64,000 bases of DNA from Schizosaccharomyces osmophilus. Lineage: Eukaryota. Location of the stretch: the NCBI RefSeq assembly GCF_027921745.1, contig NC_079238.1, positions 1,426,001-1,490,000 of the forward strand, given 5' to 3'. This document shows positions 1 to 9,856 of this stretch, piece after piece; positions within the stretch are counted from its first letter, which is position 1; each line of letters begins with the position of its first letter. The notes below the pieces were generated by a model. That model ran no database searches. It worked only from the letters and a program-made list of their open reading frames with translations, and was not told the DNA's origin. A program made the translations under genes and the position numbers.

Positions 1-975
1 TTATTAAAACTTTTCTCTTCCACAAAATTCACGGTACTATTTCATGGGAGTATCCATTCGAAGTACGCCCATTTACGTTGAGCCTTAAGGCTTTGTATTA
101 CCCATTTGTTTTTTTTTTATAACATTAAGTAAATAAGGACTTGTCATAGGATCCAACGTTTTACCTTTCCATTTCAGCTTTCAGCTGAAAGATAGAGAAC
201 GAATGACAGTGGAAACAGTAAGCAGATTTGGATTTGACTGCCACAAGAGAAATGATCATTTAGTAACATTGTGGTATATCCTGCTCCGTATAAATTCTAG
301 GAACGGCCGTAAACAAACCAACGAAAGATGAAGTGCTCGAGGATAGCAATCCTTACAGGAGATATATAGAAGAAAATACAAAAGGAAAAATTATATGATG
401 ATAAACGATCCTTTTTGAAACACTGAAAGCGGCCTGACTAACCACAGAGAAATTCGGTTTTCCAATGAAATGAATCTAAGGGTCTCTAGTGTAGCTCTTC
501 ATTCTTATTTTTTGAACCCAAATGTTTGTTTTCATGCACGACTGTTTGAGTAGTACATTGCATTATCCTCTGGTCTGGATTTATGGAGCAAACGTATATT
601 TGCAACCTACGGGTAGTACAATCTTTACCGTTTCTCATTTGGCTCTCCTTCTTAATCTTTCCTTTGTCAATACTCTTTTTTATTTTTTTATTTATTTATT
701 TTTTACCCAATATGTAAACAAGAAATTCAATCCCAAGTCACAAGTCAAGTGACAAAGACTCTTAATAGGATATCATCCGAGACTACAGGTTTACATTCCT
801 ATTTCTTGGAGAAATGGGTTAAATCGAGTTGGAGCAGAATGTCTCTAGAGTTAAATTCTTACCAAATAATGTGTATTTACTTGTTTTTTTTCGATCTCCC
901 GTGTTTTTAAGTACATTTTGCCATTATTCAAGTGTCTTTCTAACTTACATTGAAAATTGGTACCGTTATGCACAC

Positions 976-1194
976 TTGCTGTAATGGTTTAGCACCAAGT
1001 CGCTGAGGATGCTTTCCTAACTGATGAGTTTTCAAGTCAGTTTGGGTACAAACTCCATACCTCAGTTATATGTTCGGAACAGCAACTATAAAAAAAGGGA
1101 ATTGCTTATGAGAACAGTAAAGCAATTGTTTTCTTTTCTCACGAAACCTTCAATGTTTACTGTCTATGAGAGACTGAACCAGAGAATTACAGAG
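976..1194 (+). ncRNA. Candidate structured ncRNA with H/ACA-like architecture (unverified)
   Basis: Nested stems 976-982/1079-1085, 1002-1008/1060-1066 and 1015-1024/1037-1046; ANANNA at 1088; 3' hairpin 1128-1187 followed by ACA at 1189-1191. G-U pairs favour the + strand. Confidence 0.3.
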
Positions 1195-1301
1195 AATATC
1201 ATAATATTCTATAAATTCTTATAGAAGAATAGTATTCTACTATCAAGTTCCATTGGCGAATAGATGTTTCCAGCGGGTTTCTGAAACCGAATTAGCTAGC
1301 A

Positions 1302-1342
1302 CGTTCTAGTACGTTCCTTGAATTTTGGCATAGGTATAAATA
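1302..1342 (+). promoter_or_regulatory. hsp104 core promoter: imperfect heat-shock element and TATA box
   Basis: TTCnnGTAnnTTC at 1304-1316 (gapped HSE-like), GAA at 1320, TATAAATA at 1335-1342, about 215 bp before the ATG. Confidence 0.5.
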
Positions 1343-1556
1343 CAACACCATGATGTCTGTAAACTTCACTGCTGAGAACAACGATCTAAGAAATATTCTC
1401 TATTTATTCATTTAAAAATACCTGTTTTTGTTATATAATCTCTTTTTTTTTTTTTTTTTTAAGTTGCTGTTTGCATATTTTTTGAAAAATATCTTATAAA
1501 CCCTCTTTAATTTGTGACGAATTATTGTTTCTTTTGTTAATTAATTATTTTTAATT

Positions 1557-4265
1557 ATGGCCGATTATCAATTTACCGATAAAGCTGCAAAGACACTTTC
1601 GGATGCCTATGGATTAGCTCAATCTTATGGACACTCTCAACTGTCAACTGTTCATCTCGCAGCCGTCTTACTCTCTGAGGCAGACACAAACGGAACATCA
1701 CTTTTACGGACCATTGTCGAAAAAGCCGGTGGTGATGGCCAAAAGTTTGAACGCAGTATTACAAGCCGACTCGTCCGTCTGCCTGCGCAAGATCCTCCAC
1801 CGGAACAAATTTCCTTTGCTCCGGAAACTGCGAAGCTATTACGAAATGCACATGAACTTCAAAAAACCCAAAAGGATTCTTACATTGCTCAGGATCACTT
1901 TATCGCTGCTTTCATTAAGGACGATATTGTCAAATCTCTTTTGACTGACGTTGGTGTCACTCCCAAGTCCTTTGAATTTGCTGTGAATAATCTTCGCGGA
2001 AACAAGAGAATTGACTCGAAAAACGCTGAAGAAGGTTTTGATGCCCTAAATAAATATACTATCGATTTGACCGAACTCGCTCGTAACGGTCAGTTGGACC
2101 CTGTCATCGGTCGTGAAGACGAAATTCGCCGTGCCATTCGTGTCCTTTCCCGCCGAACTAAAAACAACCCAGTCTTAATTGGTGAACCAGGTGTTGGTAA
2201 GACCTCTATTGCGGAAGGTCTTGCTAGTCGTATCATTGACTCTGATGTTCCTGCCAACCTGGCTTCCTGCAAACTCCTTAGTCTTGATGTTGGTAGCTTG
2301 GTTGCTGGTTCCAAGTTCCGTGGTGAATTTGAGGAAAGAGTCAAGGCTGTTCTAAAGGAAATCGAGGACAGCGAAACTCCCATCATTCTCTTCGTTGATG
2401 AAATGCATCTCCTAATGGGTGCTGGCAGCGGTGAAGGTAGTATGGATGCTGCTAACCTTCTGAAGCCCATGCTTGCGCGTGGTAAATTGCACTGCATTGG
2501 TGCAACTACCTTGGGTGAATATAAGAAATATATCGAAAAGGATGCTGCCTTTGAACGAAGATTTCAAATCATCCTGGTTAAGGAGCCTTCAATTGAGGAC
2601 ACCATCTCCATTCTTCGTGGATTAAAGGAGAAATACGAGGTTCATCATGGTGTCACTATTTCCGATCGTGCCCTCGTTTCTTCGGCTCATCTCGCTTCAC
2701 GCTACCTGACAGCCCGTCGCCTTCCCGACTCTGCTATTGATCTTGTGGACGAAGCAGCGGCCGCTGTCCGTGTTACTCGTGAGTCTCAACCAGAGGTTCT
2801 TGACAACCTTGAGCGCAAGCTTCGTCAACTTCGAGTTGAAATTCGTGCTTTGGAACGTGAAAAGGATGAGGTTTCCCGTGAACGCCTTAAGGCCGCTCGG
2901 AAAGAAGCTGCTGATGTAGAGGAAGAGACTCGCCCAATTCGCGAAAAATACGAACTTGAGAAGTCTCGTGGTAGCGAACTTCAAGATGCTAAACGCCGTC
3001 TTGATGAGCTCAAAGCCAAGGCTGCTGATGCAGAACGCCGTAACGATTTTACTCTAGCAGCTGACTTGAAATATTACGGTATCCCTGATCTCCATAAGCG
3101 CATCGAGTTTTTGGAACAACAAAAGAAGGCTGCTGATGCGGATGCTATGGCCAATGCTCAACCTGGTTCCGAACCTTTGTTAATTGATGTCGTTGGACCA
3201 GATCAAATTAACGAGATTGTGGCCCGCTGGACTGGTATTCCTGTCACCAGGCTTAAGACAACTGAAAAGGAGCGACTTTTGAGAATGGAGCGCGTCTTGG
3301 GTAAACAAGTTATTGGCCAGAAGGAGGCTGTTTCCGCCGTAGCCAATGCTATTCGCTTATCGCGCGCTGGCTTGTCTGATCCCAACCAACCTATAGCTTC
3401 ATTTTTATTTTGCGGCCCTTCAGGTACCGGTAAAACATTGCTTACGAAAGCATTGGCTGGATTCTTGTTTGATGATGAAAGTGCAATGATTCGTATTGAT
3501 ATGTCAGAATATATGGAGAAGCATTCGGTCTCCAGATTGATTGGTGCTCCACCTGGTTATGTCGGTCACGAAGCCGGAGGTCAATTGACTGAACAGCTTC
3601 GTCGTCGTCCTTACTCTGTCATCTTGTTTGATGAAGTAGAAAAGGCTGCTCCTGATGTTCTAACTGTCCTTTTACAGGTTTTAGATGAAGGTAGAATTAC
3701 TAGCGGCCAAGGACAAGTTGTGGATGCTAGAAATTCTGTCATTATCATGACCTCTAATTTGGGAGCCGAATATTTGACTACTGATCAGGAAGACGATACT
3801 GGGAAGGTTGATGCCTCAACTCGTGAAATGGTTTTGAATACGATTCGCGGATTTTTCCGACCCGAATTTTTGAACCGTATTTCTTCAACTGTGATATTCA
3901 ACCGTCTTCGTCGTGCCGATATTCGAAGTATTGTCAACAACAGGGTGATGGAAGTGCAAAAGAGGTTGCAAAGTAATCATCGCTCGATTGAGATTGATGT
4001 CAGCGAAGAAGCCAAGGACTTATTGGGTAGTGCTGGTTACTCTCCTGCATACGGCGCTCGTCCATTGAACCGTGTCATTCAAAATCAAGTCTTGAATCCT
4101 ATGGCTGTTCTTATTTTGAATGGTCAACTACGCGACAAAGAAGTGGTACATATCACAGCTAAAAATGGCAAAATTGTTGTATTGCCTAATCACGAATTGC
4201 CAAATGAAACTTCAGCAGACGTTGACATGGATGATATGGATGAAGTTGATGAAGAATTGGAGTAG
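1557..4265 (+). CDS. hsp104: Hsp104/ClpB AAA+ disaggregase, 902 aa, no intron
   Basis: Two Walker A motifs ([16 protein letters not shown]), Clp N-domain, middle coiled coil, [25 protein letters not shown] signature, acidic C-terminus. Confidence 0.98.
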   Translation: MADYQFTDKAAKTLSDAYGLAQSYGHSQLSTVHLAAVLLSEADTNGTSLLRTIVEKAGGDGQKFERSITSRLVRLPAQDPPPEQISFAPETAKLLRNAHELQKTQKDSYIAQDHFIAAFIKDDIVKSLLTDVGVTPKSFEFAVNNLRGNKRIDSKNAEEGFDALNKYTIDLTELARNGQLDPVIGREDEIRRAIRVLSRRTKNNPVLIGEPGVGKTSIAEGLASRIIDSDVPANLASCKLLSLDVGSLVAGSKFRGEFEERVKAVLKEIEDSETPIILFVDEMHLLMGAGSGEGSMDAANLLKPMLARGKLHCIGATTLGEYKKYIEKDAAFERRFQIILVKEPSIEDTISILRGLKEKYEVHHGVTISDRALVSSAHLASRYLTARRLPDSAIDLVDEAAAAVRVTRESQPEVLDNLERKLRQLRVEIRALEREKDEVSRERLKAARKEAADVEEETRPIREKYELEKSRGSELQDAKRRLDELKAKAADAERRNDFTLAADLKYYGIPDLHKRIEFLEQQKKAADADAMANAQPGSEPLLIDVVGPDQINEIVARWTGIPVTRLKTTEKERLLRMERVLGKQVIGQKEAVSAVANAIRLSRAGLSDPNQPIASFLFCGPSGTGKTLLTKALAGFLFDDESAMIRIDMSEYMEKHSVSRLIGAPPGYVGHEAGGQLTEQLRRRPYSVILFDEVEKAAPDVLTVLLQVLDEGRITSGQGQVVDARNSVIIMTSNLGAEYLTTDQEDDTGKVDASTREMVLNTIRGFFRPEFLNRISSTVIFNRLRRADIRSIVNNRVMEVQKRLQSNHRSIEIDVSEEAKDLLGSAGYSPAYGARPLNRVIQNQVLNPMAVLILNGQLRDKEVVHITAKNGKIVVLPNHELPNETSADVDMDDMDEVDEELE

Positions 4266-4764
4266 ATGCCTTAAAACTTTGATTACTTAGACATGATTTA
4301 TCTTTATAATGATTAAGGTTAATTCCATAAATGCTTACGACTAGTGATTAACAGCAAGAGTTGAATATGAACAAACAAAATTTCACTATACTCAATTTGT
4401 ATTTTACTCTGTAGTCATATACTTTCTTTGTAATCACAAAATACATTTATACTTTGAAAATAGATACTATTACTAGTAATTTCGCATATACTTTATTTCT
4501 ACACTTAACAAGCTATAAACACTTATTTTATTATTTCCATACACGATAACTCCTATTACCTATAAAACGCACTTTCTTCTATATATACCATTAAGGATCA
4601 GTTCTGTGTTTCGACTATAGGAATAAGTTCGTATAAGGAAATTTGACGAGTACTTTTATAATTATTAAACGAATGTTTTAAACTAAAGAAAGACCAAGAA
4701 CTATTACTTAAGACCATTTTCTTTCTGTTTTCCTAGATTTTATTCTATTGGATTGTTCGTCCCG

Positions 4765-6670
4765 ATGAGTTTCTCTCCTGTAGAAGATTTGCATGCTACT
4801 CCAAAAGAAGTCAATTCTGAAGATAAGAATGATGTAGAGACAGCGAGTACATCTAGCATTTCTTCAAGTGCCAGTCTTCTAGTGGATATTATGTGTGGCA
4901 GCAAAGACGACGAAGACTCTGAAGCGGAATCCGATGAATGGGACCGACCTGGTAAGTAATTACATATCTACGAAATTTAGTCCTCCTCTCAAAGTCCTGT
5001 TTACACACTGAACATGTTCAAAAATTGGAGTCGCAATCATGACCTTCGACTCCCTTGCGGCTTAGGTTGATGGGATTTTTTTTTTTTTTTTATACTTTTT
5101 AGAGAAATACAAAGCTTTTATTGCTAACTCCTAGCAGCAGTAGATGACGACGAGGTAATCAAGCAGCGCGAAGAGATAATAAAATCTCTTCGTATTTTGG
5201 GTAAGAAAAACGACAAAATAATTTTTTATATCTAACTCATTCATCAGGATATCCTGCGTTTTTAGAAAAGCATGTCTTTGAGCAACAGGTGCCCATTCGG
5301 TTAATTTTAAAGAAATTGGGTATATCACTGGTAAGTCTGCTGTGTTCTTATAGGTTTTACTAACTGGTTTATAAGCCTACTGCGTTGGATGATTTTGAGG
5401 ATTTAGAGTATGTTCCCAAAAGCGATTCATTTCTACAAGGATGACGGCTAATCTTAACATTATAGCCTCCTTCCCTTGTTAAAGGAAGTCTTAAAACGAG
5501 AAGCATCACGTCGTTTAAAGTTACCCCAGTACAATACTATTGATGATGTGGTAAAACAACTGCACAAGGCAAAAAATGTCGTTGTTTTAGTAGGAGCAGG
5601 TATCAGTACAAGCTTAGGAATTTTGGATTTCCGGTCGGATAACGGATTCTATGCTAGGCTTGCTCAGCATGGTTTGTCCGAGCCGTCTGAAATGTTTGAT
5701 ATCCATACATTTAGAGAAGAACCGGGAATCTTTTACACTTTTGCCAAAGAATTGCTTCCAGAAACTCATCACTATTCACCATCGCACGCTTTTATTCGTT
5801 TACTAGAACAAAAAAACAAGCTTTCTACTTTGTTTACACAAAACATAGACAATTTGGAAAGAGAAACTGGGCTTTCCGAGGAGAAAGTTGTTCAATGTCA
5901 TGGTAAGATTGATTGCGGTTTGAATTATTTTCTAATAATCAGGTTCTTTTGCTACTGCTACATGTATTCAATGCAAACATAAAGTTGAGGGTTCTTTATT
6001 GTACGATGACATTCGAAATCAAAGACTTTCTTATTGTACTGAGTGCAATAAGCCACCCGTTAAGAAAAGGAAACTGACAAGTGCAAGTGATCGTGCGTTT
6101 TCAGATGTATACAATGGCGAAAATGAAAAAGAGGAAGAAGAAGAAGATATTCCTCAGGCCGGAGTAATGAAGCCTGACATTACCTTTTTCGGTGAGGCGT
6201 TACCTGATCAATTTTTTGAAAAAGTGGGAAGCGGTGATTTGGAAAAAACGGACCTTCTGATTTGTATTGGTACATCATTGAAGGTAGCGCCTGTCTCAGA
6301 ATTAATCAGCTTAGTCCCTGCATCAACTCCCCAAATATACATTTCAAGGACGCCAGTTCGTCATACTCAATTTGATGTAAATTTTATTAGTCCATTCTGC
6401 GATTGGGTAATCGTAGAGTTATGCAAGCGGGCCGGATGGTTGGAAGATTTAGAGAAACTTTGCAATGAGCCTAAGTGCCACACTGGAGCCAAGAACAGAG
6501 CATGGAATACATCTCTGGATGTACGTTTCCACGAACCCTCGACCTATTACATTAAAAGTAAAGCAGAAGCAGAAGCAGAAGCTTTATGTAAAGAACGTGA
6601 AAATGTACCAGGAGAAACGGAGAACGTTTACAAAGATAGCATAGAATCTGATACGAACCAAACTGTTTAG
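4765..6670 (+). CDS. sir2: Sir2 NAD-dependent histone deacetylase; exons 4765-4951, 5135-5200, 5248-5330, 5376-5407, 5466-5902, 5943-6670
   Basis: GAGISTSLGILDFRS, TQNIDNLE, QCHGSF (across intron 5), CxxC..CxxC zinc site, KPDITFFGE, GTSLKVAP. Five GT..(C/T)TAA(C/T)..AG introns restore one reading frame. Confidence 0.95.
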
Positions 6671-6848
6671 TAAAATGAACATATTATTTCAGTGTTGATG
6701 ATAAATAAGGTTTTCTACTATTTCAAACTTCGTAATATAGGCTGCATATTAAACATATAGCTTAAAAGTGGAAAAATAAAAACATTACATATTAACTATA
6801 ATAACAAAACGACACATTAGAAATAATTAGCATAAAATCAATACAGGA

Positions 6849-8054
6849 CTACGCCCATTTTCCAAGCAAGGCCATGAGAGCAGTACCTGCCATTGCACAA
6901 AACAAGAGAAAGCTAAGTTTAAGCCAGTTGCGCTCTCTATTAGGGTCGAAAAGAAAATCTTGAGCTAATAATTCAACCAAACCAGCATATATAAGGATAC
7001 CGGAAGAAATTGCGTCCAACACACCCTGAGCAGCGTACGTACCGTGACTAAGAGGATTCCAGTGTTCACGAGCACCCAAACCTGCGGCCATACCAATAGG
7101 AGTAAACAAAGCATAAGTTCCTCCCATAATCCAGGGTTGAACATTGAAGCCTTTAGGCCAAGCCATACCTGAAAGACGAGCACCTAGACCAGTTCCCTCA
7201 AAAGCCTGGTGAAACACTACGACAGGAAATAGAGTTCTGAATTCTTCACCTGAGATAGCTGTGGTCAAACCAATAATTACACTATGTAAAATAATACCGG
7301 CTTCTAAGACGAGAAAAGCTCCAATTTGCTGATAAAGTAAGGATTTTCTAGATTCTTCAATGGAGACCAAATCACTGTTTTCAGTGTTGGAGACTGATTT
7401 GAGCTTGATTTCTTCGATATCTTTAGGACTACCGGGACGGTTTTCAATGTCCTCTTGACAGTGTTCATGAGAATGAATACCGTAAGCGCCTTCTTCTTCA
7501 TGGTTATGGCTATGAGTACCTAAATTGGGGTTATGACAATGGGACATGCCATATCTCCATTCGACAAACCGAGAAAGTATGACTTCAACGATAAACATGA
7601 ACCAACAAGAAATTAGACATATACCAGGAGCCCAGTCGTAACTCCCAAATAAGTCTTCTACACAGGGATCGTATAACTTATGGCAGGCAGGAGCTAAAAG
7701 ATGAATGAAAGCGGTAGCCAAAATGACACCAGATCCGAAATAACGACAGAACAAGTAAAAATAGGTGATCACAACACTTGCCTGGTTATTCATGAGATGG
7801 GACAAAGTGAGAGGCAGCCAAACTCCAATCAAAGAAGTAAACAAAATAACAAAAATTGCACCAATCCGGACGCCCATATGACCATAATCTCCATACTCGT
7901 TGGCATCACCAGAGCACTGCACGGGCTCTGCATCACGCTTTTGAAATATATCTTGATCTTCTCTTTTATATAGGAGGAACCGAAGCACTTGGTATGAGTT
8001 TTGAGATTGATATTCAGCAACAGCGTTTTTCAGAGTAACCGCTAGACTTGACAT
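6849..8054 (-). CDS. zrt1: ZIP-family zinc transporter Zrt1, 401 aa
   Basis: FGSGVILATAFIHLL, His-rich loop, HSVIIG and HQAFEG metal-transport motifs, C-terminal LGKWA. Confidence 0.96.
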   Translation of the reverse strand: MSSLAVTLKNAVAEYQSQNSYQVLRFLLYKREDQDIFQKRDAEPVQCSGDANEYGDYGHMGVRIGAIFVILFTSLIGVWLPLTLSHLMNNQASVVITYFYLFCRYFGSGVILATAFIHLLAPACHKLYDPCVEDLFGSYDWAPGICLISCWFMFIVEVILSRFVEWRYGMSHCHNPNLGTHSHNHEEEGAYGIHSHEHCQEDIENRPGSPKDIEEIKLKSVSNTENSDLVSIEESRKSLLYQQIGAFLVLEAGIILHSVIIGLTTAISGEEFRTLFPVVVFHQAFEGTGLGARLSGMAWPKGFNVQPWIMGGTYALFTPIGMAAGLGAREHWNPLSHGTYAAQGVLDAISSGILIYAGLVELLAQDFLFDPNRERNWLKLSFLLFCAMAGTALMALLGKWA

Positions 8055-8442
8055 ACTGACGAGAAGTAATCTAAAAAAGGAAAAAAGATATTAAAAAAAA
8101 GTAATAAAAAAGAAACAGAGAAGGAAGAGGAACAAATAATTAAAAGTGTTGGGGGGGGGACACAGCAATTAAAATAAGAACCCAAATTATTCTAAATGAA
8201 CAGCTTTTGTTTAATTAAAATAAGAAAAGTAAGAGTTCAATAGAGAGGGAAACGTCGTAATTCGGATCTCATATATTGCTTTCCTTGATGATCAATCGTA
8301 GCAATCGAAGGAAGAGCAACTGCAAAGGAAGTAGTGTTATTCTTTTATCCTTTATTTAATCACAAAAAGAATCTTTACACTGAGAAGTAGACTTTTTTAA
8401 CACTTTCAAAGAGGATTTACCAATGTCCTTTACGAAACAAAA

Positions 8443-9592
8443 GTAGATCAGAAAGTCCGGAGGAACGAAATTGAATCCGGCTTTTCCAGCGAAAAAGCTG
8501 AAAAAAAAATCTAACCGGAAATGAATCAACTCTTTTTTGAATGTATTATGGAGATCCCAGTTGGATGTACAGGAAATCTTTCAGCTTGTTATTGGAAAAA
8601 TCATTGCAGATCGTTCTCTTAAATAGGATTGACGAGACTGTTTTTTTCCTAAGCCGATCTACACCGATCTACACCGATCAGCCGAAAATGACTGTTTAGA
8701 GGCTTTGCAGATCACGTCGATTAGGTAACATGTAGGAAGAAAATGAAAATCTGGTTAAAAACAGCGCATGTTACCTCGTAAGGCGTGCTCCAGCGCATAT
8801 TTTTTAAAATTTTCATTCCCGGATGGAAAATGAATATCAAAGTGTTGGCTAATAATAAGGAAAAGTAATATAAAATTTCAATAAAGCCTTGTAAATAAGC
8901 TCTCGTAATCAATACTTATGACCAAGATGTGGTACTCTTTTGCTTTCAAGTGCATAGGTAGCGATACCAACTTGGTAGATCATCATTTTATTTGCTGATC
9001 AATAAAAGAAGATTATAGTAGATCATCCTATTGATTGACCATTTCAGTATCTTTTCCGGCGGCCTAATTTTCCGCGATTTACATTGATCCACGGAGTCTA
9101 AAAATCATGACTATCATTTGTCGATCTTTTGCTGATCTTCTTTTAAGCCTCAGTCTAGCGAGCACTCGTTTGTTTTTCCGGAAATGATTTACGTTGATCA
9201 ACACCACTGCTCATAATTAGCGTCATGCTGTATAAGGCGGCTACGCCAGGCTGTAGATCTCTGTCTCCTTTAAAAATCCTATTATTTATGCGCTGTTCAA
9301 AAGCTTCTTTCTATTTCTTTTAGTTTTATAAGTGATAGAGGTATTTGATTTTGAAAGATCGTTAATGTTTTCTTTCATTGATTGATTTACACTTCTGACA
9401 TAGGTCACGTTGGCGAGTTTCCTTAGCTTCCTTAGCTATTAGTTATGATTTGCGAAGACTTGAGACATCCGGACGCTTCATTGTAGACTCAAAGTTTCAC
9501 TTGCATCCTTTTTTTCCTTCTGTTCGTTCAATGTGGGCTCAATCACCTTCAATATGGACCCATCAAACCAATCCTGATTGACGCAGATCCTA
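8443..9592. promoter_or_regulatory. Cluster of GN(A/C)GATC Loz1-response-element cores upstream of zrt1
   Basis: 13 matches counted by eye: + strand at 8443, 8550, 8606, 8653, 8707, 8975, 9018, 9120, 9253, 9583; - strand at 8656, 8666, 9134. Confidence 0.75.
8654..8680 (+). repeat. 10-bp tandem repeat (CCGATCTACA, about 2.7 copies)
   Basis: ccgatctaca ccgatctaca ccgatca; each unit carries GATC. Confidence 0.85.
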
Positions 9593-9856
9593 CTCGTTAG
9601 CAGTACAATTTTTCTACTTCTATTCCATATATAGATCTCTTAGCTGAAACATTCTTTTTTAATTCTTTTCAATAAATAAAAATCTTTGTATTCATAAACT
9701 ATTGCATTAATCTCATTCATTCTCATGTAGTTCCATTAAAAAACAAGCTATTTTTATCTCCACTCTTAATCAAATGGGCAACACCGTCATTTGGATATAA
9801 CCAATCTGATTATATCAACAAATAATTTTTAAGGAAAAAAACGTCTCACTTATAGA

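Noticed and set aside
793..990. U17/snR30 m1/m2-like motifs (ACATTCCTA, AAACCAT)
   Set aside because: The two motifs are on opposite strands and not positioned relative to H and ACA boxes.
978..992. SRP RNA-like 5' end (GCTGTAATGG)
   Set aside because: Similarity stops after about 10 nt; no helix 8 motif or Pol III terminator at the expected distance.
1021..1060. Hammerhead ribozyme (CTGATGAG core)
   Set aside because: No GAAA after a stem II and no matching stem III/NUH geometry.
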